Shown here: piece after piece, positions 24,969 to 34,696 of the stretch
Numbering within the stretch: the first letter of the stretch is position 1
Layout of the letters: the number at the start of each line of letters is the position of its first letter
Made by a program: the position numbers and the translations under genes
NCBI RefSeq assembly: GCF_013076305.1
Contig: NW_027019762.1
Span: forward strand, 5,477,008 to 5,524,260
Length of the DNA: 47,253 nucleotides
Source of the DNA: Rhopilema esculentum
Lineage: Eukaryota
Reading direction: 5' to 3'
Notes under the pieces: generated by a model
What the model was told of the DNA's origin: nothing
Databases searched by the model: none
The model's input: only the letters and a program-made list of their open reading frames with translations

Positions 24969-27333
24969 TAGGTCTTTGGCGGTTATTTGCTATTGGCAGC
25001 ACAGCACCCACTTCCCCCTTATGCTTAAGCCATGCTTAAAATGAACTTCAGCTTCAATGTTGTAAAATTAACTCCTGTTAGCTAATTAGGATAACCATCC
25101 TAGAGGGACTCTGCTGTCATATACGTCTACCAGATAGTCAATGGACTTTTAGCATCAGAGCAGATTTAACCAAATGAATAGCCAAAAAAGCCTTTGATAC
25201 AATCATACTAAAGTTCTGCCGACACTAGTACTAGATAGAAATCAAAGTTCGGCAAATGCTGATCTATAGAAATATTGGTCAATTTTCATTACTTCAATAT
25301 AAAAAGTTTCCAGTGTTAGCCATAGAGAGGAAAGAATTGTGTACTTTATCAGCGTAGGCGTCAACTCAAAAGTAAGGGAAATAAAATATTTTCTTCGCAT
25401 AGATTTTCTCATTCTTTCATCATGTGGTCAACGATTTGAATGTGCTACAATTTTCACTTGGAAAAATATAAACATGCCAACAAGTAATCATCTGATGGTA
25501 TATCGATCTTTGAAGTCCGCAGAAATCACACTACATGTTCTTATGTAATTTGTAAAAAATCAATTTCAGGTTAGGCCACTTTTTGGAGAGACCTGAGTTC
25601 CATGAACTAAAAAGTACCCCAATGATGAAAGCAAAAAGCTACAAAGACATAAGAGCCCAATGTTAGTATTGATATTTTTGGAAACGATATCAATGACTCA
25701 CCTAGTGACTTGATTCCAACGGTTTCAAGTAACTTCAGAAGGTGTCTTTTGTTACTATTAAAGAAGACTTCATCGATGTCCCATGAACCGCTCTGTTGAA
25801 TTGAGATAATTGTTGTCTTTCAAATAAGCTGTAACTTATATTTGAAAATCAAAGCTGATACAAAATCACTCCTAAAGAAATGCTATACATGCTTATTACT
25901 TTATCAATTCATCATTAATCTATGGCTTATGAGTATTTGGGAATGCAGGTGATAACCAATGCTAGATAGAGGAATGTGGTTTACACAAATTTGATTGGTT
26001 TAATTCGATGGGGACTCCCGCTGCGGTGTTTCTTTTGGCTGTCAATCAAAAAGTTACGTCTACCTATGCGTCTACGCTGTGGGTAAAGAAACACTGGAAA
26101 CCGTTTCCTGCAAAGCAGCCTCTTAAAATTCATTCATTGTCTGCATATAAAAGCTCAAAAAGTTAAGGCATTTTGAACAGATAGAATATACTAAAAGGAT
26201 GCACAAAATTTAAAGCCTTCAAATAGATTAAAACAAAGGATGCTTCTTGATATTCATGAATTTTTTTACAAGTGCTTGGACAGTCCCCGAAAAAATGAAA
26301 CACAAGATTCTTCGACAAATAATGCAAAGCGCACACGCAATTACAGCGTTTCATCGAAAACACAAGAACGCAGTGAATTCTCTAACTACATTCATTACCA
26401 ATGCATTGGGGTGAAATGGGCAAACAAAGGCTGCCCAGTAAATTGTCCCAACATTCTGTTTCACAAATAGAATATGCAGGTTTGTACTCACCTCCTTCTG
26501 CTTGCTGACAAGCAAATTTAAATCCAACATATTGACATCAAAAAGAGGCTGGGTAAACTCTACTTCGTCCATCCAGGGCCTGTCTTTGTATTTATTCGGT
26601 AAAATGAAACCGATACCTGTACAAAAAAAAATAAAAAGCCTTCAAACAATTTTTATTTTCTTTTCACTAGGTTACAACAATCATGTTTTGTTACAATGAC
26701 TTATATGTTTTTAGACTAATTAGAATTCTGCTGGATAAACAAAACAGAAAATTCATCTTCCATGGGCAAGAAAAGTTATGGAAGTATGCTTGTCTGAATA
26801 TTACAGAAATGAAAACTGAACGAACGGTTGGAATGTTATCTGACAAAATGACCTCAATATTTTTATAGCGATATGCAGTCTCTTTAGAATACCATAACAA
26901 AAAACAATAGAAAAACATCTGGTGAACCTTTAAAAATGCCTGTAGTTTTGTCTTTCGTTTCTGAAGACAGTCGACAAGCTAGAAGCAGAAAAAAATAACG
27001 ATTTTAATAACAATGTAAGGCGTTGTTAAAAATGGATAGAGCATTTGTCAGAAAGATGTGTTAACAGACCAACAATACGATTTTCGAAATATACGTCTTA
27101 GAAGAGATTAGGCATTATATCACAGACAGCAAGTCATATAAATATGACATTAGGGAGAGTACAGTTCCACGCCATTAGAGTTGTCTTTCTGTGAAAATGA
27201 GGCTTATGCACATAGTCCTATGAGCAAGAGGTAGTAATGAATTAATCACTGATCAATATGCAAATGCAACGGATTAAGATAGGATTATGACCTAAAAAAG
27301 ACATTTTAGATTGCTGAAAGTCTATCTGCATAC

Positions 27334-27991
27334 CAAAATCTGAAGATTGACGTGTTAGGCCAGACAGAAAGTGAAGAGGTTCTTCTGGTGGTAAAGGCAG
27401 TTTTTTTTTCTTTTTCTTGGGAAACATTTGTGATTGTCCTAGAGCAACAAGAGATTTTCGTAGTAAAGATTCGCTCTGAATATTTGCTGCTTGTTTTTGG
27501 GCTAGTTTTATACAGCGTAGCTGAGAAGATTGCATCATTTTTTCTGGCGGTATTGATTGCAATGCTCCGCCGGCCTGTGGTGGTGCGGATGCAGAATGTT
27601 GCCAAGGCGGCAGTGGTGGCGATCCAGGCTGCATTGATAGAAGTGGCTGTTGTGCAAGTTGACGCGGTGGCGGTGGCGGCATCGGTGGTGCTCCAGGCTG
27701 CATTGATAGAAGTGGCTGTTGTGCAAGTTGACGCGGTGGCGGCAGCGGTGGCGCTCCAGGCTGCATTGATAGAAGTGGCTGTTGTGCAAGTTGAAGCGGT
27801 GGCGGCAGCGGTGGCGCTCCAGGCTGCATTGATAGAAGTGACTGTTGTGCAAGTTGACGCGGTGGTCGTGGCGGTGGCGGTGGGGTTTCAGACTGTAATG
27901 CATTGCTAATCTGTGGTGGTGATGGTTGAGGTCCTATTGGTACTGATCCTGGTGGTGGTATACAGCCTGATGGAGATCGAGAATTTCGCAT
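27334..27991 (-). CDS. Proline-rich repeat exon (about four tandem 21-residue QLAQQPLLSMQPGAPPLPPPR units with formin FH1-like polyproline), in-frame ATG at 27991
   Basis: The open frame translates as MRNSRSPSGCIPPPGSVPIGPQPSPPQISNALQSETPPPPPRPPRQLAQQSLLSMQPGAPPLPPP…, then a lysine run, then LPLPPEEPLHFLSGLTRQSSDFG. Donor is TTTTG|GTATGCAG. An alternative acceptor at tctccatcag|GC is possible. It is not clear whether this exon belongs to the same gene as the exons upstream. Confidence 0.45.
27590..27890. repeat. Coding minisatellite (63-69 bp units, 4 copies) inside the proline-rich exon
   Basis: ccaggctgcattgatagaagtggctgttgtgcaagttgacgcggtggcggcagcggtggcgct recurs starting at 27624, 27693, 27756 and 27819. 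Confidence 0.8.
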
Positions 27992-28575
27992 CGTGTTAAA
28001 ATAGGAATTGAACCATTAGCATACAAGCTTTTCAAATAATGCACAAACAATGAAAAAGCCACGGCATCATGACCCTGCGACGAGGTTCTTTGATACGAAT
28101 ATCTAGTCTATGATATAGTGAATGATATAGAGATGAGTCATGTCTTCATGAACGCCTTCTGAGCGCCATTGGATTCCTAGGTTTATCATTTCGTATTGAA
28201 AAAACAAGGAAAGAAATCATATAGTTTGAAACTAGTGTTACTAATTTGCAACATATATGCGGCTGTCTACAAGCTTTCATAACTAGAAACGATTTCAGCA
28301 TTACGGAGTGAAACTTGACCTAACTGCTCTGCAATTGGCAACTTTCGACAACTTTTAAGGGACAGGTATACCACTCCACAGATCCTGAGCGCTAACAAGA
28401 CAACACTGAAACAAGATTAGAGCCTCCTACACGTCACATCCTAGAGCCCACAATACATTACATACTACAGCTTACAATACACCGCATAAGGACATGACAT
28501 CATCTTAGCTACAAGTATATAGTTAAAGCACGTATGTAGCCAAAAACGTAAAGAATTTTACACTTACACTCATAC

Positions 28576-28705
28576 ACTGCGTCCATTTCTTCCAAAGGTC
28601 TTATTATTTCAGAACGGAAGCTTCTTTTATGTTCTCCAATGGAAGCACCTTTGCGTGCTGCACCAAAGAGCATGGAACCCATAGGTTTACTTCTTGACTT
28701 TAATT
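28576..28705 (-). CDS. Exon with similarity to the small acidic protein (SMAP/C11orf58) family core
   Basis: Acceptor is tcacctttgcag|AATTAAAG (phase 1, matching the upstream donor). Translation is ELKSRSKPMGSMLFGAARKGASIGEHKRSFRSEIIRPLEEMDA. Human SMAP, recalled from memory, has [33 protein letters not shown]. Donor is GCAGT|GTATGAGT. Confidence 0.4.
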
Positions 28706-29297
28706 CTGCAAAGGTGACCCAAAGTGAAATTTCAGAGAACCAAACACTAATATACACACTTTGTTACATTGGAAAAATAATTATTCCTTCATTCTATTTT
28801 CTTCTTATAGCTTCACATAAAACATAAAAGAATCAAATTTTTCGTGGTGCAAAAATTAAAAAGGGCTTTGAAAAAAAGAAAAAATCTTAAAAATACTAAA
28901 AATTTCCGTCTGACACTCCAGAGTCTAAAATATCAGAATATAGATCGAGAAAACTAAGCCAGGATATATGTATAAACCCATTTTTGGATTGAAACAGGCC
29001 ATTCAGAATCGCGAGTACACCACGGTAAAGGTTTCCCAATCATAGAAAATATAGTCGAAGGGTGAAAATGAACTCCTGTCTACGCAATACCGGTTTTTTC
29101 ACTTTTATGCAGATAGATTGTAAATCTGCTAAATAGAACGGTGACCGGGCTCTATCAATGTTGCCATCGTGGGTTTTGGTACAATCTGGGTTTTCCAGGA
29201 AAATGCTGTCCGATAGCAGAAGCGGAAGAGTTCATTTCTAAATTATATTTCATCATGTTAATCTAAGTATGATTTTTACAAAATATTAACTACATAC

Positions 29298-29381
29298 CAT
29301 ATGGTTTAGACGCCTCTTCATGAATTTTCTTTACTTCTATATTTGCAATCTTTTCAGTGAAGGCTAACTCGTCCATCATGC
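29298..29381 (-). CDS. Exon downstream of the tandem array (possible small acidic protein-like gene) with ATG ATG
   Basis: Acceptor is cttaaaag|GC. In phase 1 this joins T plus GC in frame with ATGATG, reading C-MMDELAFTEKIANIEVKKIHEEASKPY. Donor is CCATATG|GTATGTAG (phase 1). Confidence 0.45.
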
Positions 29382-30079
29382 CTTTTAAGCAAAATTACAA
29401 GACTAAAGATGTTGTAATATGAATTAATGTAAAAGCATGTTTACGTGAAACTTGAGTTTTAGATTTATTTTGACCCAATGAAGCTTTCAATAGAGATGGG
29501 CACTATGCTATCTTTAGTGCCTTTAAGACATAGTAAGATTCAATTATGGTAACTGTATCTTATAATAAGGCAGTTATTGTGTCTAGTACACCACTGTGTC
29601 TTATAATGAGGTCATAGTTTGCCCAGACCTGTCTTGCTAAAAATCTATCTAGAAAATCAATTGCTGCAGAGTCTGACTTGATAACGGGTTATGCTCGAAA
29701 CGTCGTTATTTATTTTAAACAAATTTTTCCTGGTACAATTTACTTACATTGGTCGTTATTATAGCATCATATTGTACCGCACGCATTTTAGTATATTTGG
29801 AGAGTTTGTTCGACTTGATCTAAGCTTTAATGAATCAAAAAGGAAATTTCATCTTCCCACGGAAGAAAATAAATCAGACAGAAAAACTGCTCACTTGGTG
29901 CAGACAATTGTACACAAGATTTCGTTTCTTCTCGGCTAATGGCAAGAGCGGCTGAAACAAAATGGGGTATAAGAAGAAATGCTCGATATAGAAAATTAAG
30001 TGATTAAATTTAATATATGAAAAGTAAATATGAGAAATAGCAAGTCTCTTGAAAATACTTGCATAATTTTCAGACTTAC

Positions 30080-30156
30080 AATTGGCAATGTCTTCGTCGT
30101 CTGCAAAAATATCCTTCTTTGCTGATTTCTTAATGGACTTCGTTGCACTCGATTGG
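30080..30156 (-). CDS. Tandem-array exon copy 1 (lysine-rich then IFADDEDIAN), no ATG
   Basis: The candidate acceptor ctttgaaag|C (phase 2) is weak. Translation is QSSATKSIKKSAKKDIFADDEDIAN. Donor is T|GTAAGTCTGAAAATTATGCAAGTATTTTCAAG (phase 1). Length is 77 nt, which is 2 mod 3. Confidence 0.35.
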
Positions 30157-30409
30157 CTTTCAAAGTTGGTTGTTTCAGCTTTTATTTTGTGGCATGCAAC
30201 TTGAAGAAAAAAATTATCGAAATCAAAGCGCTGATATCTAACTAACTTGATATGAACAATGTAATGATATATAAAACATGAAAACGTAATTTCATTGCAA
30301 CGGTTCATTTTAAAGTTTGAAAATCCAAATTAAATTAACTATATCAATATATTATTTCGGTTCATTTTTAAAAATTTCTTGAAAATACTTGCATAATTTC
30401 TAGACTTAC

Positions 30410-30495
30410 ATGCAAAAATGTCTTCATCCTTGTCTGCAAAAATGCTCTTTTTTGCTGATTTCTTTGTACTTGGCTTGCTTTGAATCTTACTCATC
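30410..30495 (-). CDS. Tandem-array exon copy 2 (lysine-rich then IFADKDEDI)
   Basis: Acceptor is tttcttag|G, followed immediately by ATG. Translation is MSKIQSKPSTKKSAKKSIFADKDEDIFA. Donor is T|GTAAGTCTAGAAATTATGCAAGTATTTTCAAG (phase 1). Length is 86 nt, which is 2 mod 3. Confidence 0.4.
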
Positions 30496-31147
30496 CTAAG
30501 AAAGCTTTCAGTTTTTTCAGCTTTCAGAAAAAGATATCGAATAAAAAGGCTGGTTTGGAGAAAAATCTTTTTTAGGATCTAAAGTTAAAAATTTCAACTC
30601 ATTCACACAATCCTAAAATTTGTAAAGGGCAAGGCCTAGAGGGCCATTCTAAAGTATGATTTAAAATGAAGACACTTATTTTCTACACTAAGTTAGAAAT
30701 ACAGAAATATACTATATCGTCGGAACGTAACTCATATTGGAAGGGGCTGTCCATTCATTCGCTTCTCTGTTGTAGATAACATAGAACACAGTGTGATAAT
30801 TATTGCCCCAAGCCCCCAATTCTGACTGCCCCGATAAGAATTGCTCACCAGAGGCTCGAGATGAGTCTGTAGTAATTCCTTTTCGCTTCACTTCTACATG
30901 TGCGCTACCGAACGTAGTTTTCTTTCCAGCTAAAATGTAAAAAGCTCGTAGGAAAAAATCACTTGATTAACGACAATAAATATTTCCTTAACCATGTAAC
31001 ATAGAGCAGTATTTTTATGCCACTGATTATGCTATAAATTTTTTTCAGCAAAATTTATCTACAGAGTGTGCTTCCTCGACTAAAACGGGTCTGACTTCTC
31101 TCAAATTCTTCTCTGACACAAAATACTTGCCCAATGTTCAGACTTAC

Positions 31148-31299
31148 ACACAATATCCTCATCATCGTCAGAAAAGATGCTCTTTTGAGTAGTTTTAAGC
31201 AACGGTTTCCTGGCTCTTAATTTGCTTTGAAGTTCATTCATCACATCCATACTTTGATATGGTGCAGCTGTCAGGAAAAGAGTGTTCTGTTTCATCGGC
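31148..31299 (-). CDS. Tandem-array exon copy 3: actin-like LLTEAP-type segment followed by a lysine-rich and acidic IFSDDDEDI motif
   Basis: Acceptor is tatag|G (phase 2). There is an in-frame ATG. Translation is MKQNTLFLTAAPYQSMDVMNELQSKLRARKPLLKTTQKSIFSDDDEDIV, where LFLTAAPYQSMD resembles actin VLLTEAPLNPK. Donor is T|GTAAGTCTGAAC (phase 1). Length is 152 nt, which is 2 mod 3. Confidence 0.45.
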
Positions 31300-31718
31300 C
31301 TATACTTTCTACAAAAGCAGCTACGGCAAACAACGAGTGGGACTGTAGCCCTAAATATTATAGTATCTTAAAGGAGAAAGTATTCGGAAGGGAAACAAAC
31401 TTTTAATAAACTTTTGCTGAGACTTTTAGACTTTTTGAGACGAAATTTGTTACATTCTTTGACTTTCATTTATGCGTCATGAAAAAAACTACAAAGACTT
31501 TTTGAGGATACTTCCAAATAGCAATCTTTTAAAATGGCCTCACTCGTTCTTTTCTTTTGTCCGCTAAAGCTGTGTCCATTGAATATTTTGCCCTTGAAGG
31601 TACGCTTTGCTAGGAATCGAATTTCCTAGAACACCACAAAACCATTTAATTTATTAAAACGCTAAAACGTTACAATAAATTTCTTGCAAACGTTACAATA
31701 AAAAGAGATAATTAATAC

Positions 31719-31848
31719 CTGGTGGGGCTTTTAACATAGCTGGTTTTGGTGGCAAATGGAAAGGGCTGCTTAAAGACAATATTCCACGCTTTGATTCGGC
31801 TTCCTTGCCAATATACGAGTCTTTTTGGCCCATACCGACCATGACGCC
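31719..31848 (-). CDS. Actin-related protein, second exon
   Basis: Acceptor is tccgtag|GGCGTC. Translation is [43 protein letters not shown]. Actin has [35 protein letters not shown], and the sequence diverges after that point. Donor is CCAG|GTATTA (phase 1). Confidence 0.6.
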
Positions 31849-32328
31849 CTACGGATTCAAAAAAGTTTATCAGATTCGTTCGAAGGGTCGTGACGATATT
31901 GACATATGACGCAGCAATCACGACACAGAGATGTTATGGGACAGCAGACGGGGTAATTCAAGGTTGTCGATGATCATCTACCCAGATTTTCATAATATTC
32001 AATTTCCTTAGTATAAATGCAAATATCAAAACAAGATGTCTTTAAACTTTCAACTCATTTAAAGCTACTTCAGACTTCAATTGCAACCGATAACATGCTG
32101 TAAATCCCTTAGCATATTTACAAAAGAAGTGACATGTTCCCTTTTCAGCTCTTAGTCTCTTCTCCAAAACACATCAGAACAGGAGTTCGTTGTAAACAGC
32201 ACATGAATTAACTTCACAAACATTATTACCAATTAACGAAATAAATTAATGGCTTAAAACTAGGAGCGATGCCAAAAAACTCGAAGAGGTTGTGCAAAAA
32301 GAGTCTGACAGCGGTGCCATGTACCCAC

Positions 32329-32457
32329 CTGATGTCTTGGCCGGCCAATGACTGATCTTAATTCAACTTTTGGATGTATTTCGCCAGCAAATCCGGCTTT
32401 CACAGTGTGCATACCCGTGTCAAGTACAATAGCAGGGGGCAGCATATCTTCATTCAT
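32329..32457 (-). CDS. Actin-related protein (Arp/actin-like), first coding exon
   Basis: The exon starts with ATG and translates as MNEDMLPPAIVLDTGMHTVKAGFAGEIHPKVELRSVIGRPRHQ. Actin has [43 protein letters not shown]. The phase-0 donor CAG|GTGGGT sits at the conserved actin intron position after HQ. The nucleotide-binding loop NGSG is replaced by DTGMH. Confidence 0.7.
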
Positions 32458-33015
32458 GTCTCTTTCAAGTTCTTCATCTGTAAACAGCTCATCCGATTCT
32501 TCAATGCTATTTAATGTAATAATTTCATTCTACATGCGTATGTTAACACAGTTTTGTCTACATAAAACATCGCAGAATAAACTGAAAGATTCTTCAAAAC
32601 AGCGAAGCTTGCTACTTTACTTCAAAGGTGAAGTTGTCTTCGCAATAGATGTCCCTTTGCAAATTGTTCCATTGCCCTATTCACAATTCATCCAACAGAA
32701 AGTCGAACACAGTTTTCGAACACAAAAAACCATCGACTAAGGTTAACGTTTTTCTTCATCCATTAAAATGACACCAGTAAAAATAAAGTTCTAAAACCCG
32801 ATTGCTCAAAACGTAGCACTTAATGATAAGGATTTTTTTATTTGACTTTTTCTACAGCTCTAGAATTTGTAGACAAACAAGGCAAGACATGAAAAATCAA
32901 AAGTATCTGTGCGGATAGAAGCAATGTGCATAAATGCCACTCTACTTTTGAGGCTATAGAGGTTTTACACTAAAGACGAATGGAAATAAGCAATAGATGA
33001 AACATTGATGAACAC

Positions 33016-33540
33016 TTACAGACCAGATACGCATCCATTGTCATCTTCACTGCTTAAAGAAGACATCGAGTTCATAGAAGCAGAAACATCCATCGTCTCA
33101 TAAATTTCATCATCTTGCAAGGCGCATGTGTATTCTAAAGAAGCAGGAATATCCATCTGTTCATAAACATCATCTTCTTCTGAGATGGATGTGTATTCTT
33201 CACATTCAAGACAAGCAAGTGTCTCTTCTTTAGAAATATCTTTATCTTCTCCTTGTGAACGGCCCTCCTCAAAACCCATGTAAGCTAGGAAATCTACATT
33301 TTCCATTTCCACCAACTCATCTACAGAAGGAGCGTTTACATCATCATATAATTCCCCATCTTTGCGCTCTTCCACAGCAACAAAACTGGTGAACTGCGTC
33401 ACAATAGAATGTTTTATGCTCAGCTCAATCACCTTGTCTTTCATTTCTCGCTTGAGCATCTCGTGCTCAGTCCGGCTCTCACTCAAGGTGCCATCTTCCC
33501 AGTCCTTGATAACTGCCCGGGCGGCCAGCCGGTGAAGTAT
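33016..33540 (-). CDS. PARP4: PARP4-like terminal coding exon (TSFVAVE region plus acidic tail, ending in TAA)
   Basis: Acceptor is ccctgtctacag|ATACTT. The translation begins ILHRLAARAVIKDWEDGTLSESRTEHEMLKREMKDKVIELSIKHSIVTQFTSFVAVEERKDGE…VDFLAYMG and continues into an acidic tail. Human has IHKLAARALIRDYEDGILHENETSHEMKKQTLKSLIIKLSKENSLITQFTSFVAVEKRDENE. The stop TAA is at 33016-33018. A GTAAGT follows immediately, so a further 3' exon cannot be excluded. The human C-terminal MVP-binding region has no counterpart before the next gene. Confidence 0.7.
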   Translation of the reverse strand: MLHRLAARAVIKDWEDGTLSESRTEHEMLKREMKDKVIELSIKHSIVTQFTSFVAVEERKDGELYDDVNAPSVDELVEMENVDFLAYMGFEEGRSQGEDKDISKEETLACLECEEYTSISEEDDVYEQMDIPASLEYTCALQDDEIYETMDVSASMNSMSSLSSEDDNGCVSGL

Positions 33541-34087
33541 CTGTAGACAGGGAGTTTATTGACAAATTCAGTATCAAAATTATCATAAGAAAAAGCAACT
33601 CTGATACTCCACCAAATTTTTTACCTACAGTAATGAAAGCGAAAACCTTGGGACAGTGGGTTCTTCCATAGTAATGCGATTTCGCTGTCCAATACGATGA
33701 AAATAATACGGATCCTATGAATTGATAAAGATAAGTTTTCGTTCACACTTCTTAGCATCTTTAGCTTTATCGTTACTTACAGGCATATATAAAAGTTAGG
33801 TCTATCACAGCTCTATATTGCCACTTTGGGCTGGATACAAACCCCAAACTTTGAGTTTGCTGCAAATACAAAAAATATCTAGAGACTAAGTTTAACACCA
33901 GTTGCTTCAAAGTTTTAAACTTCGAAGACGCATAAATCGCAATAAACATATTCACCCGTATAAGGTATTCCTTCCTAAAGAATTACCTGTGTATTCATTG
34001 CAAACATTCACCAGTTAGAAACACCATTCTTGTCTAAAAATCTTAGGATCGCAACCCTTCCCCCTCCCAATAGTTTTATTCATTTTC

Positions 34088-34140
34088 ACCCCTGATCTCG
34101 CCCCTTGATCTCACCCCTGATCTCGTCTCATGATCTTGCC
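34088..34140. repeat. Tandem 13-14-mer (CCCCTGATCTCG-like) in about 4 copies, within a PARP4 intron
   Basis: cacccctgatctcgccccttgatctcacccctgatctcgtctcatgatcttgcccc. Confidence 0.6.
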
Positions 34141-34209
34141 CCTAAATGCCTCATGCCTTCGAATTGGCAATAATGTTTCAACTACGCAGTTCTCAATGAC
34201 CACATTACC

Positions 34210-34365
34210 TTTCCTGTTGTCACATTGAGATCAGTAGTCGAGACCATTGTTGATAACTCACGATCGCCAATCTTGGCACTGAGAGTAGCCATCCGGCAAT
34301 GAGGTACAAATCCATATATAACCTGCCTATATCCGTTGAACAGACAAAAGACATCTTTCGGTGCC
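34210..34365 (-). CDS. PARP4: PARP4-like exon (post-VWA region)
   Basis: Acceptor is ttttcttttgacag|GCACCG and donor is GGAAAG|GTAATG. The 52 codons translate as APKDVFCLFNGYRQVIYGFVPHCRMATLSAKIGDRELSTMVSTTDLNVTTGK. Human has APAQVPSLFLNDRLLVYGFIPHCTQATLCALIQEKEFRTMVSTTELQKTTGTM. Confidence 0.8.
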
Positions 34366-34696
34366 TGTCAAAAGAAAATTAGGATATTATACACTGGTAT
34401 TGGCAGACCTTTGCATCCATCAGTAAAAAAAACTGAGAGACACAAAAAGAATAAAATTGCAGCCTCTACTTTCATATCCTGTTTGTAACATAATTCTTAA
34501 TAAGTGGGCGTCTTTACGTGTAGCAATTTCTAAGTTTGCAGTAAATAAACTGGATTCTCATAACAAAGGTAATTATTTAATATTTTCAGTAGACGTTGAA
34601 ATTTTGTTTTATGATAACATTTCTGCTTCCGATCCTTGTATCCCGCAAAGGTCGTGGAAGTAACTCTCTAAAAAACTTCAAGTAATTATCACCAAC

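Noticed and set aside
25960-26110. GC-richer block (…gactcccgctgcggtgtttcttttggctgtcaatc…gcgtctacgctgtgggtaaagaaacac…) as an snRNA or other small RNA gene
   Set aside because: Comparison from memory with U1, U2 and U6 consensus sequences shows no match. It has only a short imperfect inverted repeat.
27352-27909. Plus-strand 185-aa ORF and minus-strand 122-aa His/Arg-rich ORF (27535..27903)
   Set aside because: These are alternative frames or the complementary strand of the proline-rich tandem-repeat exon. The repeat periodicity keeps all frames open, and only the proline-rich frame has a start and splice context.
33016-33018. Treating the TAA at 33016 as a splice donor (GTAAGT follows) so that PARP4 continues
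   Set aside because: This is possible, but the acidic tail resembles a natural C-terminus, the next gene starts about 560 bp away, and no downstream exon with PARP4 C-terminal homology was seen. I kept the stop and flagged the alternative in the findings.
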